A stretch of DNA of 64,000 nt from Heptranchias perlo (taxonomy: Eukaryota): contig NC_090352.1 in assembly GCF_035084215.1 (NCBI RefSeq), positions 6,386,001-6,450,000 of the forward strand, written 5' to 3'. The notes under the pieces are model-generated. The model was given only the letters and a program-made list of their open reading frames with translations. It ran no database searches and was not told the origin of the DNA. A program made the translations under genes and the position numbers. Shown here piece after piece: positions 62,895-64,000 of the stretch (the first letter of the stretch is position 1; every line of letters starts with the position of its first letter).

Positions 62895-63232
62895 AAAGGA
62901 ACTTGCAATTTCTATAGCATCTTCCACCTACTCAGGATGTTCCCAAGCACTTTACAGGTAATTAAATACTTTTTCAAGTGTAATGTAGGAAACACGGCAG
63001 CCAATTTGCGCACAGCAAGATCCCACAAACGGCAATGTGATAATGACCAGATAGTCTGTTTTTTAGGTGTAAGTTGAGGGATAATAATTGGCCAGGACAC
63101 CAGTGAGACTCCCCTGCTCTTCTTCGAATAGTGCCATGGAATCTTTTACGTCCATCTGAGAGAGGCCAGATGGCGCCTCGATTTAATGTCTCATCCGAAA
63201 GACAGCACCTCCAACACGGCAGCACTCACTCA
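62895..63232 (-). mobile_element. DeuSINE, 5'-truncated
   Basis: Reverse complement of GTCTTTCGGATGAGACATTAAATCGAGG...GAAGAAGAGCAGGGGAG core and tail. Confidence 0.8.
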
Positions 63233-63249
63233 TTACTTTTTTTATCTTT

Positions 63250-64000
63250 AATCGTTCATGGGATGTGGGCGTCGCTGGCGTGGCCGGCATTTATTGCCCA
63301 TCCCTAATTGCCCTTGAGAAGGTGGTGGTGAGCTGCCTTCTTGAACTGCTGCAGTCCGTGTGGTGACGGTTCTCCCACAGTGCTGTTAGGAAGGGAGTTC
63401 CAGGATTTTGACCCAGCGACGATGAAGGAACTTCGATATATTTCCAAGTCGGGATGGTGTGTGACTTGGAGGGGAACGTGCAGGTGGTGTTGTTCCCATG
63501 TGCCTGCTGCTCTTGTCCTTCTAGGTGGTAGAGGTCGCGGGTTTGGGAGGTGCTGTCGAAGAAGCCTTGGCGAGTTGCTGCAGTGAATCCTGTGGATGGT
63601 ACACACTGCAGCCACTGTGCGACGGTGGTGAAGGGAGTGAATGTTTAGGGTGGTGGATGGGGTGCCAATCAAGCGGGCTGCTTTGTCCTGGATGGTGCCG
63701 AGCTTCTTGAATGTTGTTGGAGCTGCACTCATCTAGGCAAGTGGAGAGTATTCCATCACACTCCTGACTTGTGCCTTGTAGATGGTGGAACCCAAACTGA
63801 GCATCGGTGAGCATTGGTGAGTAAGTGCTGCTTGATAGCACTGTCGACGACACCATCCATCACTTTGCTGATGATTGAGAGTAGACTGATGAGGCAGTAA
63901 TTGGCCGGATTGGATTTGTCCTGCTTTTTGTGGACAGGACATACCTGGGCAATTTTCCACAATGTCGGGTAGATGCCAGTGTTGTAGCTGTACTGGAACA
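63250..64000 (-). mobile_element. Copy of the 32760-35305 LINE family with internal deletion (runs off window)
   Basis: MWKIAQVCPVHKKQDKSNPANY...AQFGF is joined directly to STIYKAQVRSVMEY...HHHLLKGN. Confidence 0.9.

Overview
Vertebrate genomic DNA, most likely a cartilaginous fish (shark), judging from the repeat families (SacSINE1-like DeuSINEs, CR1 LINEs, Penelope-derived fragments, Harbinger MITEs). The one well-supported host gene is the 3' half of SRRM3 on the + strand. Five coding exons (3705-3954, 16043-16389, 25117-25371, 31030-31167, 43448-43655) have matching splice phases and end in the eMIC microexon-activator domain (RRRRDSPSFMEPRRIT|SARKRPIPYYRPSP) and the C-terminus SSESTGF*. 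The rest is intron or downstream DNA packed with transposon remnants. Most notable unexplained structure: (1) candidate regulatory exons inside SRRM3, namely a 17-nt stop-creating microexon and a 39-nt exon that would split the eMIC domain; (2) a possible nested antisense two-exon 75-aa gene with a promoter-like motif cluster and a frameshifted duplicate exon; (3) a 3.56-kb 16/17-bp minisatellite that expanded from one arm of a palindromic Harbinger-type MITE; (4) a Penelope-type minimal hammerhead core on the SRRM3 sense strand. No prokaryotic systems, CRISPR arrays, rRNA genes or bona fide tRNA genes were seen. All identifications were made by eye, with no database searches. Repeat boundaries are approximate (roughly +/-10-30 nt).
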